DNA of 62,587 nucleotides, filler included, from Antechinus flavipes (Eukaryota), in assembly GCF_016432865.1 (NCBI RefSeq). It is 3 parts of 2 records of this genome, joined end to end, with 100 filler letters (N's around TTAATTAATTAA, not from the genome) between each part and the next. Parts side by side here need not be neighbours in the genome. Positions count along the whole stretch, not along the records: positions 43,631 to 62,587 come from NC_067400.1; 2 more parts are not named here. One strand, written 5' to 3'. Below, piece by piece: positions 43,631 through 56,093 of the stretch (positions are counted from its first letter, which is position 1; every line of letters starts with the position of its first letter). The notes under the pieces are model-generated. The model saw only the letters and a list, made by a program, of their open reading frames with translations, was not told where the DNA came from and searched no databases. The position numbers were made by a program, and so were the translations under genes.

Positions 43631-45109
43631 GTCACCATGGAGTGGGAGTACAAAACAGAGGTCAGGGTCCTGGAGCTGGAGTTAGGAAGATCTGGCTTCG
43701 GATCTCCCTCCTCAGACTCCGGGCGAGACACTGAAACTTTTCTTAGCCTCAGTTTCCTACTCTGTAAAATCTGATAGGTTTGAACCAGGCAGCCTCGAAA
43801 CTTGCCCAGCGGCCTGTGATCCTCAAATTGCCCCGTTTCCCCAGACCAAAACCATCTCCTGGGACTCAGAAGACCAAGCCCAGACTTTTCTGGCTGACCC
43901 TCAGCTGTTCGCCATCTAGAGCCACCCCTCACGATGCGTCGCTCCCCCTTATACTCTATATATTCCAGGCAAACTGGAGCAAATGGCCTTTGGATCCCCC
44001 AGCTGCCTCCCCACCTGAAAGGTGGCCCCTCCAGCCCACACTGCCCCGTCCCATCTGTCCTTGGAGGCCCAGTTCAGGCACCTTCTCCCGGCACAACGTC
44101 CTGACCTCTTCTTCAGCCCGGAGCCTATCCCTGTGCTCCGGCCCTGTCATCCTAGCCATCACTTAGGCTCCTGGGGTGACTGTATCATGGACTCACAGGT
44201 GGAAGGGACTCAGCGAGCCATGGAGCTCATTTTACAAGTGAGGGTGCTGAGCCTGAGAGAATGCTCCCTGCCCTGGAAAGAAGGGACAGGCCTGGGGAGA
44301 AGCCCCACAATGGAGAATCCTGGTATGGGAACGTTCTCCTTATGTCCCCGGGCTCCAGGCAGAAGAGCCAGAAAACCAGGATCCCAGAGATGGGGCTGGC
44401 TCCTGTCAACTCTCCGAACGAATGAGGGTTGGCCCAAGTCTCTAAGCTCCTTCTAGCTGTGACATAGGGGATCCTGTCATTAGTCAAACCCAGCCGGGCT
44501 GACCCACCCCCCACCTTGCCAAATCAGGCCCTGCCCACCAGAGGGATGCCGTCCTGGGCCAGTCTCACGGCTGTCCGGTTCTGGTGGGGTTACAAGGGTG
44601 ACCCCCCCTGACCTGGGGGACTCCCCCAGCCCCCGGCCTCGAGCTCCTGGTCTGGAGGGGAGTTTTCTAACAGGACCTGAGAGAGGGTGATGATCACCCC
44701 AGGTGGACAAACAGACAGATAAGGGAACGAATGAGGCCAGAGATTAGAAAAATAGGTTTCTCTTGACATAATCTCCATAGTGTCCCCACTTTCCCGCCAA
44801 GTCCCTCGCGGGATTGTTAAAAATAGGAGGTTGGGCAGGAGTCGCGAGGTGGGCCAGCATCCAAGCATGGACTCCCCCCATGCCCCTTCTCGGCCCAGCC
44901 CCGGCCCCTGGCGTCTGCTCTGTCCACGTCCATCCCTGGGGCCGGGGCTGGGAGCGCCTGCGAGGCCAGGCCGGGCCAGGCCAAGGAACATCTCAGGACC
45001 AAGGCCAGGTCTCAAGGCATCCAAGGGGCCAAGATGGAGCCAGGCTGAGACTGGAGACATTCTAGGGAGCAGTCCAGATCTAGGGATGTCGGAGGGGTTT
45101 CCCTCGGGA

Positions 45110-45614
45110 TCACTGCCCTCCACGTTCATGAGCGAGTCGGCCCCGAGGGCCCCTCGAAGGCTCGAAGTCCAGTTGTACCAAGGTGTGCCCCTTGATGGGG
45201 GTCGGAGGCGTAGGGTCCGAGTCTGAGGCTGAGCTCTCGGGGCCTGGGGCCGGGGCCCCGCCGTTGGTCTGGGAGCAGACGCTGCTGACCCCTCCCCGAG
45301 TCGCGGGCTTGCCCGGAGGCTGGTCCCCATGCACCTTGTATCGGAGCAGCAGTAGGAAAATGAAGCCCAGCACGGAGGCGACAATAACGCCCCCCAGAGC
45401 GATGATCATGGTGCCCCCGAGGACGGGCGCCCCTGAGTGTGGCGAGCGGCACGGCCGCAGCTCCGGTTCCGTGGAAAAGCGGGCACAGCCCACGGCCCGC
45501 GTGGCCGTCAGCCCGGTGGCCCCATCCTCCGACACTGCCAGCACGCAGAGGTCATAGGTGCGCCCCGACACCAGGTCCGTCAGGTGGAAGGAGCGGCTTC
45601 CAGCGGGGACCATC
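45110..45614 (-). CDS. LRFN3: LRFN3/SALM4 last exon: rest of FN3 domain, transmembrane helix, cytoplasmic tail without a PDZ-binding motif
   Basis: Acceptor ttcttgcttgcag; [37 protein letters not shown]; TGA at 45112-45110; phase 2 matches the previous exon. Confidence 0.95.
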
Positions 45615-45712
45615 CTGCAAGCAAGAAGGGACTGAGTCTGGCTTCGGGCTTGGCCGGGGCCCCCAAGAATGGAAGCTTGCTCCTTTCTTCTCTATTCCCT
45701 GGACCCAACACC

Positions 45713-46223
45713 AAAAGGGCTTGGCACTGAATGGGCCCGGGACCGAATGGGCCCAGCACCGAATGGGTCTGGCACCGAATGGACCCAGCACCGAAGGGGC
45801 CCGGCACCGCATGGGCTCGGCACCAAATGGGCCTGACACCGAATGGGCCCGGCACCAAATGGGCCCGGCACCGAATGGGCCCGGCACCAAATGGGCCCGG
45901 CACCGAATGGGTCTGACACCGAATGGGCTCGGCACCGAAGGGGCCCGGCACCGGATGGGCTCGGCACCGAATGGACCCGGCACCGAATGGGCCTGGCACC
46001 GAAGGGGCCTGGCACCGAATGGGCTCGGCACCAAAGGGGCCCGGGACCAAATGGGCCCAGGACCGAATGGGCCCAGCACCGGATGGGTCCAGGACTGAAT
46101 GGGTCTGGCACCAAATGGGCCTGGGATCAAATGGGCCTGGCACTGAATGGGCCCGGCACCGAAGGGGCCCGGGACTGAATGAGCCTGGCACTGAATGGGT
46201 CTGGCACCAAATGGGCCCTGGGT
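45713..46223. repeat. 16-bp minisatellite, about 32 copies, consensus GAATGGGCCCGGCACC, in LRFN3 intron 2
   Basis: Units in exact 16-bp register from 45729 to 46209 with no indels. Confidence 0.95.
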
Positions 46224-46661
46224 AAATGCTAGAGCTGCCCTCCCCCCTTCTCTCCCACGCCTACCTGCTGACCTCCTCTCCCCCTCTGCCTTCCACACAC
46301 ACATCTCCCCACTCCTCCTGGCTCAGCCCCACTCTCAGGAGTGACTGCTTTTGTCTCAGACGCCCCATTTCCTTTCAGCTCTGCCACCCGGCCCATTTTT
46401 AGCCAACTTCCAGGTTTTTTATTAGCTTCCTCCCCCAAGTTCCTCCTAATTCTACCATTCAGTTTCATCTTCACCCCAATCATAGATTGAAAGCCAGAAG
46501 GGGCCTGAGAGTCCAATCCTCCCATTTTACAGATAAGAAAATTGAGATCCAGGGACTTGCCTGGGCCCAGGGTAGTAGATATCAAAGGTGGGATTTGCCC
46601 TGAATCCCCCCGCCCACCTGCACGGTCCCGTCCACCACCAACAGGCCTCCTCCTCACTCAC

Positions 46662-48145
46662 CTGTAGACCAGGATATCATCGGCAGAGCTGTTGTACTGG
46701 ATCTGATACATGCGGAGGCCGGGGACGGGCCCGTGGTCGGGCCAGCGGATGAGGGCGGCTGTGGCGCTGCGCTCGGCCACCTGGACGCTGCCCCCTTCGC
46801 CGTCCCCGTCGTGTTCGGGGGCCTGTGGGAGCCCGGCCCGGGGATCCATGGGGGCCAAGGACGAGGAAGCCGATGAAGAGGAGGGAGTGAGAGGGGCCCC
46901 CCCTTCTCCGTCCTCTCCTTCCCCGCGGGGCTCACAGCTGGTACTGTTGGCCAGCTGGGGTGGGGGCGGCCCCACGGTGAGCTCCACAGAGGCCGTGGCT
47001 TCTCCGGCAGCATTCGCCGCGATGCAGGTGAAGACGCCGCCGTCGCCAGGCGTGGCTGCCAGCAGCTCCAGCGTCCCGTTGGGAAAGGCCCGAGTGCGGC
47101 TGGAGTTCCCCAGAAGCCGGCCTCGGGGGGACACCCAGCGGACTCGGGGCTCGGGGTCCCCAGCGGCCCGACAGCGCAGGGAGGCGGTGCGGCCCTCGGG
47201 CACGGCTACCGGTGGGGACCGGTGGGTGACCACCGGCGGCTCACACACAAACTCGTCCTCTCGCACAGCCCAGAAGGAGCGGCCTCCCAGGGCCGGCGGG
47301 GAGGCACAGGCCTCCAGGTCATCCTCCCGGGCCAGCCTCCTCAGCCACACCAGCTCACAGTTGCAGTGGAGCGGATTCCCCCCGAAGGCCAGTACCAGGG
47401 CAGAGGCTGGTGCTCCCGGTCTGGGCCGGGACAGCACGGGAAGCCGGGAAAAAAGTGGGTCCGGAGGGATGGTGGTCAGCCGGTTGGCCGTCATGTCCAG
47501 CCTGGCCAGCTTGTGCAGCCCGGCGAAGGCCCCCGCGGGGACGGCCGCCAGCAGGTTATGGTCCAGGCCCAGCGTGTTGACGTTGGCCAGCCGGGCCACG
47601 GCGTCCCAGGGCAGCGCCTCCAGGTTGTTGTAGCTGAGGTCCAGGTCCTCCAGGGTCTCGGCACAGTCGGCCAGGGCTCCCGCCGCCAGGACGCCCAGCT
47701 GGTTGTTGGCCAGGATGAGGTGGCGCAGGCTGACCAGCCCCCGCAGCTGCGCCGCGCCCAAGGAGGACAAGCGGTTGCCGTCCAGGTGCAGGGCGCGCAG
47801 GGCGCGCAGGTCAGCGAAGGCCCCGGGCGCGATGTGGGCCAGCGTGTTGCGGCTGAGGCTGAGGTGCAGCAGGCCCGTCATGTTGGCCAGGTCCCGGCGC
47901 CTCACCGAGGCTATGAAGTTGTCGGGGAGGCGAAGCTCGGACGCCCTGCGGTCCAGTCCGGGGGGCACAAAGAGCAGGCCCGCTCCCGGGCACAGCACGC
48001 TCCGGGGGGGGGAGGAGGTCTGGCATCGGCAGCGCCGGGGGCAGGGCCCCGAGACCGAGCCGTCGGGCGCCGGTCCCACCGCACTGGCAGCCCCCGGCCG
48101 TGGGGGACCCAGAGCCAACAGGCACAGGAGCGGCAGGCCCAGCAT
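46662..48145 (-). CDS. LRFN3: LRFN3/SALM4 main coding exon: signal peptide, LRRNT, LRRs, LRRCT, Ig domain, start of FN3 (total CDS 1989 nt, 662 aa)
   Basis: ATG at 48145, 13 nt after the acceptor at 48158; [55 protein letters not shown]; donor AG|GTGAGT. Confidence 0.96.
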
Positions 48146-48614
48146 CCTCACTCCACGGCTACAGAGGCTGGCACCCAGGAGCCCTGGGGAGAGAGGCAGG
48201 GGCCCGGGGTCAGGGCGGCTGGCACCGAGGGGGCCCAGGGCGGGGGCAGAGACATGGGGAGGCAGAGGGGGGCAGAGACACACACACAGATCCCCCGAGT
48301 TCAGGAGACACAGAGAGAGGGGCAGAGGCAGAGAGGGAGGTACCCAGAGAAGCTGCCCAGGCCGGGAGATGGGGAGCCGGAGCACACGGAGCCCCAAAAG
48401 CTGGGGCCGGAGCCACGCTCGGTCCCGAAGGCAGAGCCAGGGACCAGAGCCAGGGGCCCAGCTGGGGAGCCTGAGGGCCGGGGGCTCCGGGGGCGGGAGT
48501 CACAGTCACGGAGGGCAGAGACAGACACACAGATACCGAGACAGACAGGGCCCGAGCCACACAGACCGAAACACCGGCAGCCTCAGACCATGGACAGCGC
48601 GGGCTCCCTCTTAC

Positions 48615-48911
48615 CTGGAGCCCCCTGGGGCGGGGTCACAGGTCACAGATCGCCCCGGGCCCGGACCCCTAGGGCCCAGGCCCACGAGGCCCCGGGCCGG
48701 ATCAGGCCGTGGTTCGAGCCCCGCCAATCCCCGGCTGCGGCTCAGTCTCCGACTCCCGGGCGCCGGGCACACGCGTGGGGGGTGGGGAGATGCGGGGCAG
48801 GGCGGGGCCGGGCGGGCAGGAGGCCGGGGCCCGGGGCGCTGGGGCCATGGGGGGCGCCGGACTGCCGGGCCGCGCGTGGGGGGCGGAGGCGGCGCCGCAG
48901 CAGCGGCGGCA

Positions 48912-48946
<35 letters not shown>

Positions 48947-49200
48947 AAGAGCGGCAGCAGCAGAAGCAGCAGCAGCAGCGGCCGCCGCCGCGCGGGGCCG
49001 GGGGGGAGGGGCCGCGGGCCGCAGGAGGCCCCGCCCCGCCCCGCGCGTGGCCGTGGCCGTGGCCCAGGCGCGGGGTTGGGGGGAAGCGCCCACGCGGGGC
49101 CGAGCCGGAGGGGGAGAGGGAAGAGGAGGGGGACGAGGCGAAGCTGCCGCCGCCGCCGCCGCCGTGAGACTCCCCCCGGGTCTGTTCCGCGCGTGGCGGC
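48615..49200 (-). other. LRFN3: LRFN3 non-coding first exon within a CpG island (5' end approximate)
   Basis: Donor CCAG|GTAAG at 48615/48614; very high CpG density 48600-49500; GCG/GCA triplet runs. Confidence 0.65.
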
Positions 49201-50630
49201 CTCCGCGAGGGTCGCTCCGGGAACCCAGGGCCGGGCGCAGGCGCGGCCCCGATTAAAGGAGAAGGCGCGGTCTCGATTAAAGGGACAGGAGCTCCTCGAT
49301 TAAAGGCAAAGGCAAAGGCGCGACCCCGATTAAAGGCGACCAGTCATGGGAGACTCCTGTTGCCGGTGAACGCCGGCCCCAGGCCAGGGGAACCCTGGAG
49401 TCCTCCCCCGCCCACGGGGCCGAAACACTGACCGCCCCCTCCCCCATCCTTGCGCCGAGCGGGGGCTGGTTCATCCTCCGCCCCGCCCTTATCCTCTGAC
49501 CCTCCATTCTCTGACATCTATCCGCCCATTCTCAGAGAGAGCCCCTAGTGGTCCCCGCCCTGCGACCCTCCATCCTTTAACCCCTCCCTTCCCCATTGTC
49601 TGCCCTTCCTTCTGAACCCTCAATTTCCCCCTGATTCTGACTCCCCCGTCCTCAAACCTCTTTGAGGTCCTTCACGCTGACCCTCCGTCTTCTCCCTGTC
49701 CACCTGCCCCCCAGCCCTCTGGCCCCCGGCCCTCGGCTCCCCCATCCTTGGACACCCACGTCCCTGGGAACCCCTCGGCTCCCTGGAGGATCCAGCTCAA
49801 ATGCTGAAACGGGATGCAAGAAGCCATACCCGCTGCCCCACCTGTTAGTGCCCCCATAGGTGTGCGTTTATTTTGTATCCATCCTGTATTTATTTGTCTA
49901 TTAACAAGTTGTATCCCCAGTCAAATGTAAAAATGTAACATCTCCAGGGAAGGGGTTAATTCGCTTTTCCAGCTGCATTCCCAGCACCTTGCCCAGTGCT
50001 GGCATATGATAGACACTGAATAATATTTGCTTGGTTATTAAGCACCTACTATGTGCACCGGGCAAGGGGCTGGGGGTACAAATTTAAAGGTGAATCATTC
50101 CCTGTCTCCCCAGCTTTGATAGTCTACTGGAGGGTAACTGGAGGATAGAGATACAAAATAAATGCATAGTGATGATGGGAGCTTGCTAACTACTTCCAGA
50201 TTTTGAAAAAGGCTTCTTGAAGAAGGGGGTCCTTAAGTGAGCCTTGACGTGAACTCAGGATCCAAAAGGGAGTGAGAAGGGACAGAATTTCTGACACGGA
50301 GGAGAGCCTATGCAAGGACATGAAAGTGGGCAATGGAACGGGAGTGAATGAACAGAAAGCATTTATTAAGTGCTTTCTGTGTTCCAGATGCTGCTGATTT
50401 CCGGGGCTACAGATACAAGCAAGCAAGATGATTCTTGAACAGTAAATATAGCAGGTGTAATAAGCCTGGGCAGGTAAACTCGTGAGGGGCTTTAAATACC
50501 AAACAGAAGAGTGTTGCTTTTTTTCCTAGAGAGAATAGGGAGCCAGCGAAGCTTCTGGAACTGATTATGAAATGGTCAGATCTATGATTTAGGACGATCA
50601 CTTTAACAGTTGAATGGGGGATGTTTTGGG

Positions 50631-50662
<32 letters not shown>

Positions 50663-51820
50663 CTAAAGTCAGGAATGCCTTTACAATCATTCAGGCATAA
50701 GGTGATGATGGTCGGGATTGGGGTGATTCTGGTGTGAGTTTACAAAGCGGAATAGATAGGAGAGACATTTCTAGAGTTTAATCAGCAAGTCTTGTAACTA
50801 AGTGAATATGGGGGGGGTGAAGGAGAGTGGAGGACACCTCTGAGGTCACCATCCGAGGTGACTGAAAGGATGGTGGTGTCCTTGAAAGTTGGGAGGAAGG
50901 TTGGGTTTAGGGGAAATAATCTATTCCATTTTGAAAGTTAAGCGAGGTCTGTGTCCGAGGAGCTGTCCAGCACTGGGAGGGATGGGATTGGAGTTCAAGA
51001 AAGTTATTGGTGAATAGCTAACGAAGTGAAATACTCTCATAGGGTTGGTAATTGAGTCCATGGGAGCTGAAAAAAATCACAGAGAATGTAGAAGGAGGTC
51101 CAAGATAAAGGTACGCCCATCATTAGCTTGTGGGACATGGATAGTGAGCTTGCAAAGAGAACTGAAAAGGAATGGCCAGAGGAGGAGGAAGAGAGCTGTA
51201 AGAGAAGCCATGCTCTGGCAACCAGACAGGAAAGGTTGGGCAGGAGAGAGGCTCCTTGCAAAGAGGGGGCTGGTTAAGAGTGTCAAATGTTTCTGAAAAG
51301 TCAATAAATGCTTGTCGATTGACTGATCAACGTCTTCTTGACTATTTTCCATCCGATCCCCCCATTCTCACACGGATCCTGCATTCTCTAATTCTCTATA
51401 CTCTGACCCTCCACTTCTAACTCTCCTTTTCTAGATTCTCCAGCTCCCTATTTCCTCCTCCTTCACCCATTTGATTTCTTCTCATGATCCTTCCTCACTT
51501 TCTTCTTCCATCTTTCTTTTCCATTTAATTTTCTCCTCCTTGACCATGTCTGAGAGGAGAAATGGGAATCTGGGTCCAGGGATTTGAATATCTGAAGAGG
51601 GAGACAAGAGTTTAAATCTGACTGGAATAGACAGTCCCGGGTCTGATGGGGGAGCCAGTGACCTTGGACAGAGCCTGTGCCTGCCCTCAATGCCTGAAGC
51701 TGTTCAGGTTTCCAGCAGATGCTTTCTGGACTCCTTCCTAATTGTATCTAATGAGAAAATGCATCTAAAATTAACTCAGGCCTGGGGGCAGCTCCTTTCC
51801 CATCACTAGAGGAGATGCCA

Positions 51821-51825
<5 letters not shown>

Positions 51826-51894
<69 letters not shown>
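51826..51894. repeat. (AG)n microsatellite, about 34 units
   Basis: Uninterrupted dinucleotide run. Confidence 0.97.
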
Positions 51895-51897
<3 letters not shown>

Positions 51898-52393
51898 AGA
51901 CTTAGCTATGGAAGAGACAGGGAGAATCTGAGACAAAGCTTCAAAACTCTGGGGTGAGGGAGAGAGGATCAGGGACACAGATAGAAAGATAGAATCATAG
52001 AATTATGGGGAGAGACAGAAGCCAACCATAGAAGTTCCTGATACATAGAAGGATAACCACAAACTTGCAGGACTTCCAGGCCCCCCCAAAGAATATCTAA
52101 ATAGTATGATCCCCTTCAATATTCTTGACAAATGGACATCTAGCCCAACTTAATCAATAGCAAACTCAGGATCTTTTGACATGTTCCCTTTTCCTACTGG
52201 CTTTTTTTTTTGTCAGGAAGTTTAATATTCATTCTAACTCCTCATCTTTCTCCCAGTGCTCCTGAGTCTGCCCTCTGGACCTAAGCAGAACAAAGTGAAT
52301 CAAGCTTCCTTGGGACAGTATTTGACAACTACTCTCAGTTCAATTCTCTAAGCTTTTTTGAATTAGTTTTATTTTTTAATTCTGAGCTTAAAT

Positions 52394-53084
52394 ACCCTTT
52401 GATCCAGCAGTGTTTCTACTGGGCTTATACCCCAAAGAGATACTAAAGAAAGGAAAGGGACCTGTATGTACCAAAATGTTTGTGGCAGCCCTGTTTGTAG
52501 TGGCTAGAAGCTGGAAAATGAAAGGATGTCCATCAATTGGAGAATGGTTGAGTAAATTGTGGTATATGAACGTTATGGAATATTATTGTTCTGTAAGGAA
52601 CGACCAGCAGGATGAATACAGAGAGGACTGGCGAGACTTACATGAACTGATGCTGAGTGAAATGAGCAGAACCAGGAGATCATTATATACCTCAACAACG
52701 ATACTGTTTGAGGGTGTATTCTGATGGAAGTGGACCTCTTCGATAAAGAGAGCCTTAACTGATCAAAGATGGACAGAAGCAGGTACACCCAGAGAAAGAA
52801 CACTGGAAATGAATATAAACTGCTTGCATTTATGTTTTTCCTCCCAGGTTATTTATACCTTCTGAATTCAATTCTCCCTGTGCAACAAGAAAACTGTTTG
52901 GTTCTGCACACATATATTGTATCTAGGATATATTGCAACCCATTCAACATGTAAAGGACTCTTGCCATCTGGGGGAAGGGGTGGAGGGAGGGAGGGGAAA
53001 AATCGGAACAGAAATGAATGCAAGGGATAATGCTGTAAAAAATTACCCTGGCATGCGTTCTATCAATAAAAAATTATTTTAAAA
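52394..53084 (+). mobile_element. Young 5'-truncated LINE-1 with 16-bp target-site duplication
   Basis: Open ORF2p C-terminus (52410-52724: LGLYPKE...GEWLSKLWYMNVMEYY); 3' UTR and A-rich tail; exact TSD AATTCTGAGCTTAAAT at 52378-52393 and 53085-53100; TTTT/AA endonuclease site. Confidence 0.92.
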
Positions 53085-55940
53085 AATTCTGAGCTTAAAT
53101 TTTAAAAATTAGTATTTCGGTATACACAGCAAAACACAAAAGGAGAGTTGTATATGAAACCATTCCATTTCATATTGCTTGATTTTTAAAAGTATATAAT
53201 GAATTCTAAAGATCGTTTTCAAAGCTGTCCTAATTATCTGTGCTTCTTGCTCAATTTCCAGTCTCTTTTGTGCATTACAAACTATTTCACTAGACCTCTT
53301 TTTTGCCCCATCACTCTTGCTAATCTCTTGTCCCCATCCCCATCCCCCTTGGGCTTAAAAACTGAAAGAAAGTGGGGGGAATCAAGTAAAGCAAATCCAT
53401 GCGATCTATCCATACCTCTCTGTTAGGAGAGAGGTAACCAGCTTTATCCTAAGTCCTTGATCATCAGTTTCTTTAACCAGTTCTTGGCATGAGCTCAAAA
53501 CTCAAGTCACTTCATCTCTGTGGGCCTCAGTTTCCTTAACTGTAAAATGTCAGGATTAGACTCCATGATCTCACAGGTCCCTTCTGGAACTAAATATATG
53601 ACTCTATGGTCTTATTCACTGCCATGTTCTTCTAGTTGTTCTCCAGCTTGTCAGAACTGGACACAAAAATTCTGGTGGATCTAAGGAGGTCCAAGGTGAA
53701 GAAGACTGTGAGGAAGTAATAATAATGAGAGCTAAATTTTATATAGCACCTTAAAGATTGGAAAATGCTTTGCACTGGGACTACTTTCCCAGTTACCACT
53801 TACATTAGCAGGCCAGAACCTCAAAAGGCAGCTATTATGCTTGCTCAGGTCCTTGGAGTAACCTTGAAGAACTAGGCTTTTTAATATTACTCATAAGCCC
53901 CTACTAGTGTTCTCTCCACTGCTTATCAGCCAGACCAAATGATCTTTTAGACAGAGTATTTATTAAGTAGGTAAACCAAGGAAGGATTATCGTTACGGAA
54001 ACATTACTCCCCCGTCTCCCCCAAATCAGGGAAATGCCTTTTTTTTGTACCTCCAAAGTCCCTGGTGAGAGTGGGTTCAAAATTGGAGCACATGTGTGGT
54101 CAAAGAGTAAATTCTTAGCTCCTGGTTATTGGAAGTCCTTTTCTCCATTTCTGTCATCTTCATGAACTTTCCCTTGGATATAACTCTCTTCTGGGCTCTG
54201 AGGGTTCTAGGGGGTACCTATGAAAATTGTCTCTCTTCCATGGGTCTAGTATGTTCTAGGCGTGTTTCTCAGTTCCAGTGTGGATGTTGCCATCCACTGT
54301 TGCTCTGGGAATATTGCTGCTGATGCTAAAATCTAAAAGATGAAGGGGAAGCAGAGTGGGGACTGTTCCCTCCCAGGAATTCTTTACTGCCCGATTTCAT
54401 GACCACTTGCCCGACAGCCTCTTGCTGCTTTTATACGTAGCCTCCAGGAGGCATAACTGATTTCCAGCAGTCAATCTCAAGAGAGTTCCTCCCTGTCTTC
54501 CTTTAAGTCCCAACGAAAATCCCATCTTTTATTGGAACCCTTCCTCGATCCCTCTAAATTCTGCTTGTTGTTCCGTCCTTTCAATCATGTCTGACTCTTT
54601 GTGCTCCCATTTGGGGTTTTCTTGGCAAAGTTACCGGAGCCCACTAAATTCTGGTGCCCTTGAAGCGCTATTGCTTATTTTCCATTTATTCTGTATACAC
54701 CTCACTTCATATATGTTTGTTTGCATGTTGTCTCCCTATTAGACTTGAGGGAGGATATTGTCTCTTGCCTCTTCCCCAGCTTAGCCTAGTGTCTGGCACA
54801 CAGTAGGCACTTGATAAATATTTATTGGATCGGATCCCACTTAGCTTATTTTTATTGATTGATTCAATGAAGAATTCTAAATCTTCTATTGTTAATCAGG
54901 GCAGGATTGGGATTGGGGATGGACTTCACCTTTATACAAATATTATCTCAACAAGCAACAGAGTACTGGTTTCCCGCCTTGCCGAACTAACCTGATAGAC
55001 CTCAGCAGCCAGACTCAGTGGCACCTCGCCAAGGAGTCTGGTGAAGTCTAGCAAAGTCTCTGATAAGTTCTAACTGGTCCCTAACTCTAACCTTCATAAC
55101 CAAGAAGATGGAACTCTGCATCGTTAGCTGCCGGCCTAGAGGCCTGTGAAGAGTTCCCCAAGTTTCTGGGCTCCCTTCAGCTTCCAAGGTCTTTGAGACA
55201 TCGAAAAATGAGCAGCACCTTTCCCGGGGCTCCAACAAAGACCCTCTCCCAGGATAGGGATGGAGGAAGAGGGGAAGCAGAAGGGAGAGGAAAAATTGCA
55301 TTCTGGGAAGAGGAGAAACAGAAAGGGGAAGGGGGGTTGCATTCTGGGCCATACTCTCATCACGTCATTTCCCCAGGACCCAAACCACAGGTTCCTTCTT
55401 TTTTTTTTCTCCTGAAAAATGTCCCTACCCCCCCCTCCCCATCCAACAGATAAGCTCACAAACATCATAGGACTCACTCGGGGTTTCTGAGGGAGTTGGG
55501 GATCGGGGCTGGGAGACAGAAAAACTCCCTCTTGTTCCATTTCCTATTCCCTCTGAGGCAGGGAAGCAGCTGGTCCCCTTTCCTAGTCCCAGTCTCTATC
55601 CCCCAGAGGGCCGTGATCGCCGTGGCTTTCTGCTGTTGGTCCCACTGGCTCCATGGAAGACTATCCCAGAGCCTGTGTTTTTAGGACCACATTTGTGTCT
55701 CTCTTCTTTCTCCTCTTTCTCTGTCCATAGTATATATCGGTCTCTGTCTCTATCCCTTCCTCTCTCTGTCTTTCCCAGTAGCAGAACCAGTAAATTGAGA
55801 ACTCCACAATTAGGCTCCATCAGTGGCTAATTGAAAGCCTGTGGGCTGGAGGGCTGCTGCCTGGCTCCTTGGGGAGTTGGGACCTTGGGGGGATCCAATG
55901 CCTGGGTTCCCTGGTGTCAGATCTCTCCCTCCCCCTTCTC

Positions 55941-55959
55941 CCCGCCTCCTACTTCCTCT
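55941..55959 (+). promoter_or_regulatory. TYROBP: TYROBP proximal promoter: GC box and PU.1/SPI1 site
   Basis: CCCGCCTCC then ACTTCCTCT (reverse AGAGGAAGT) about 70 nt upstream of the ATG; PU.1 dependence of myeloid TYROBP expression is established. Confidence 0.6.
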
Positions 55960-56026
55960 CTGCTCAGACATTGCCACACCCTGCTGTCCCTTCAGACCCC
56001 AGGCTCCAGATTCCCTTGGCCCAGCT

Positions 56027-56093
56027 ATGGGGAAAGGCAGAGCTCCCACCCTCGGCCTGGCCCTAGTCCTGGCCCTGCTCCTGACCCCAGGGG
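56027..56093 (+). CDS. TYROBP: TYROBP/DAP12 exon 1, signal peptide MGKGRAPTLGLALVLALLLTPG
   Basis: ATGG start, hydrophobic core, donor G|GTGAGT in phase 1, as in DAP12 exon 1. Confidence 0.85.

Noticed and set aside
45439-46304. Repetitive ORFs in several frames, and the array as CRISPR-like
   Set aside because: Products of a stop-poor 16-bp unit; no unique spacers, no cas genes, and the host is a mammal
47222-49303. 693-aa and 517-aa antisense ORFs over LRFN3, and an 84-codon N-terminal extension
   Set aside because: GC-rich shadow frames; the extension runs through the intron upstream of a good acceptor at 48158
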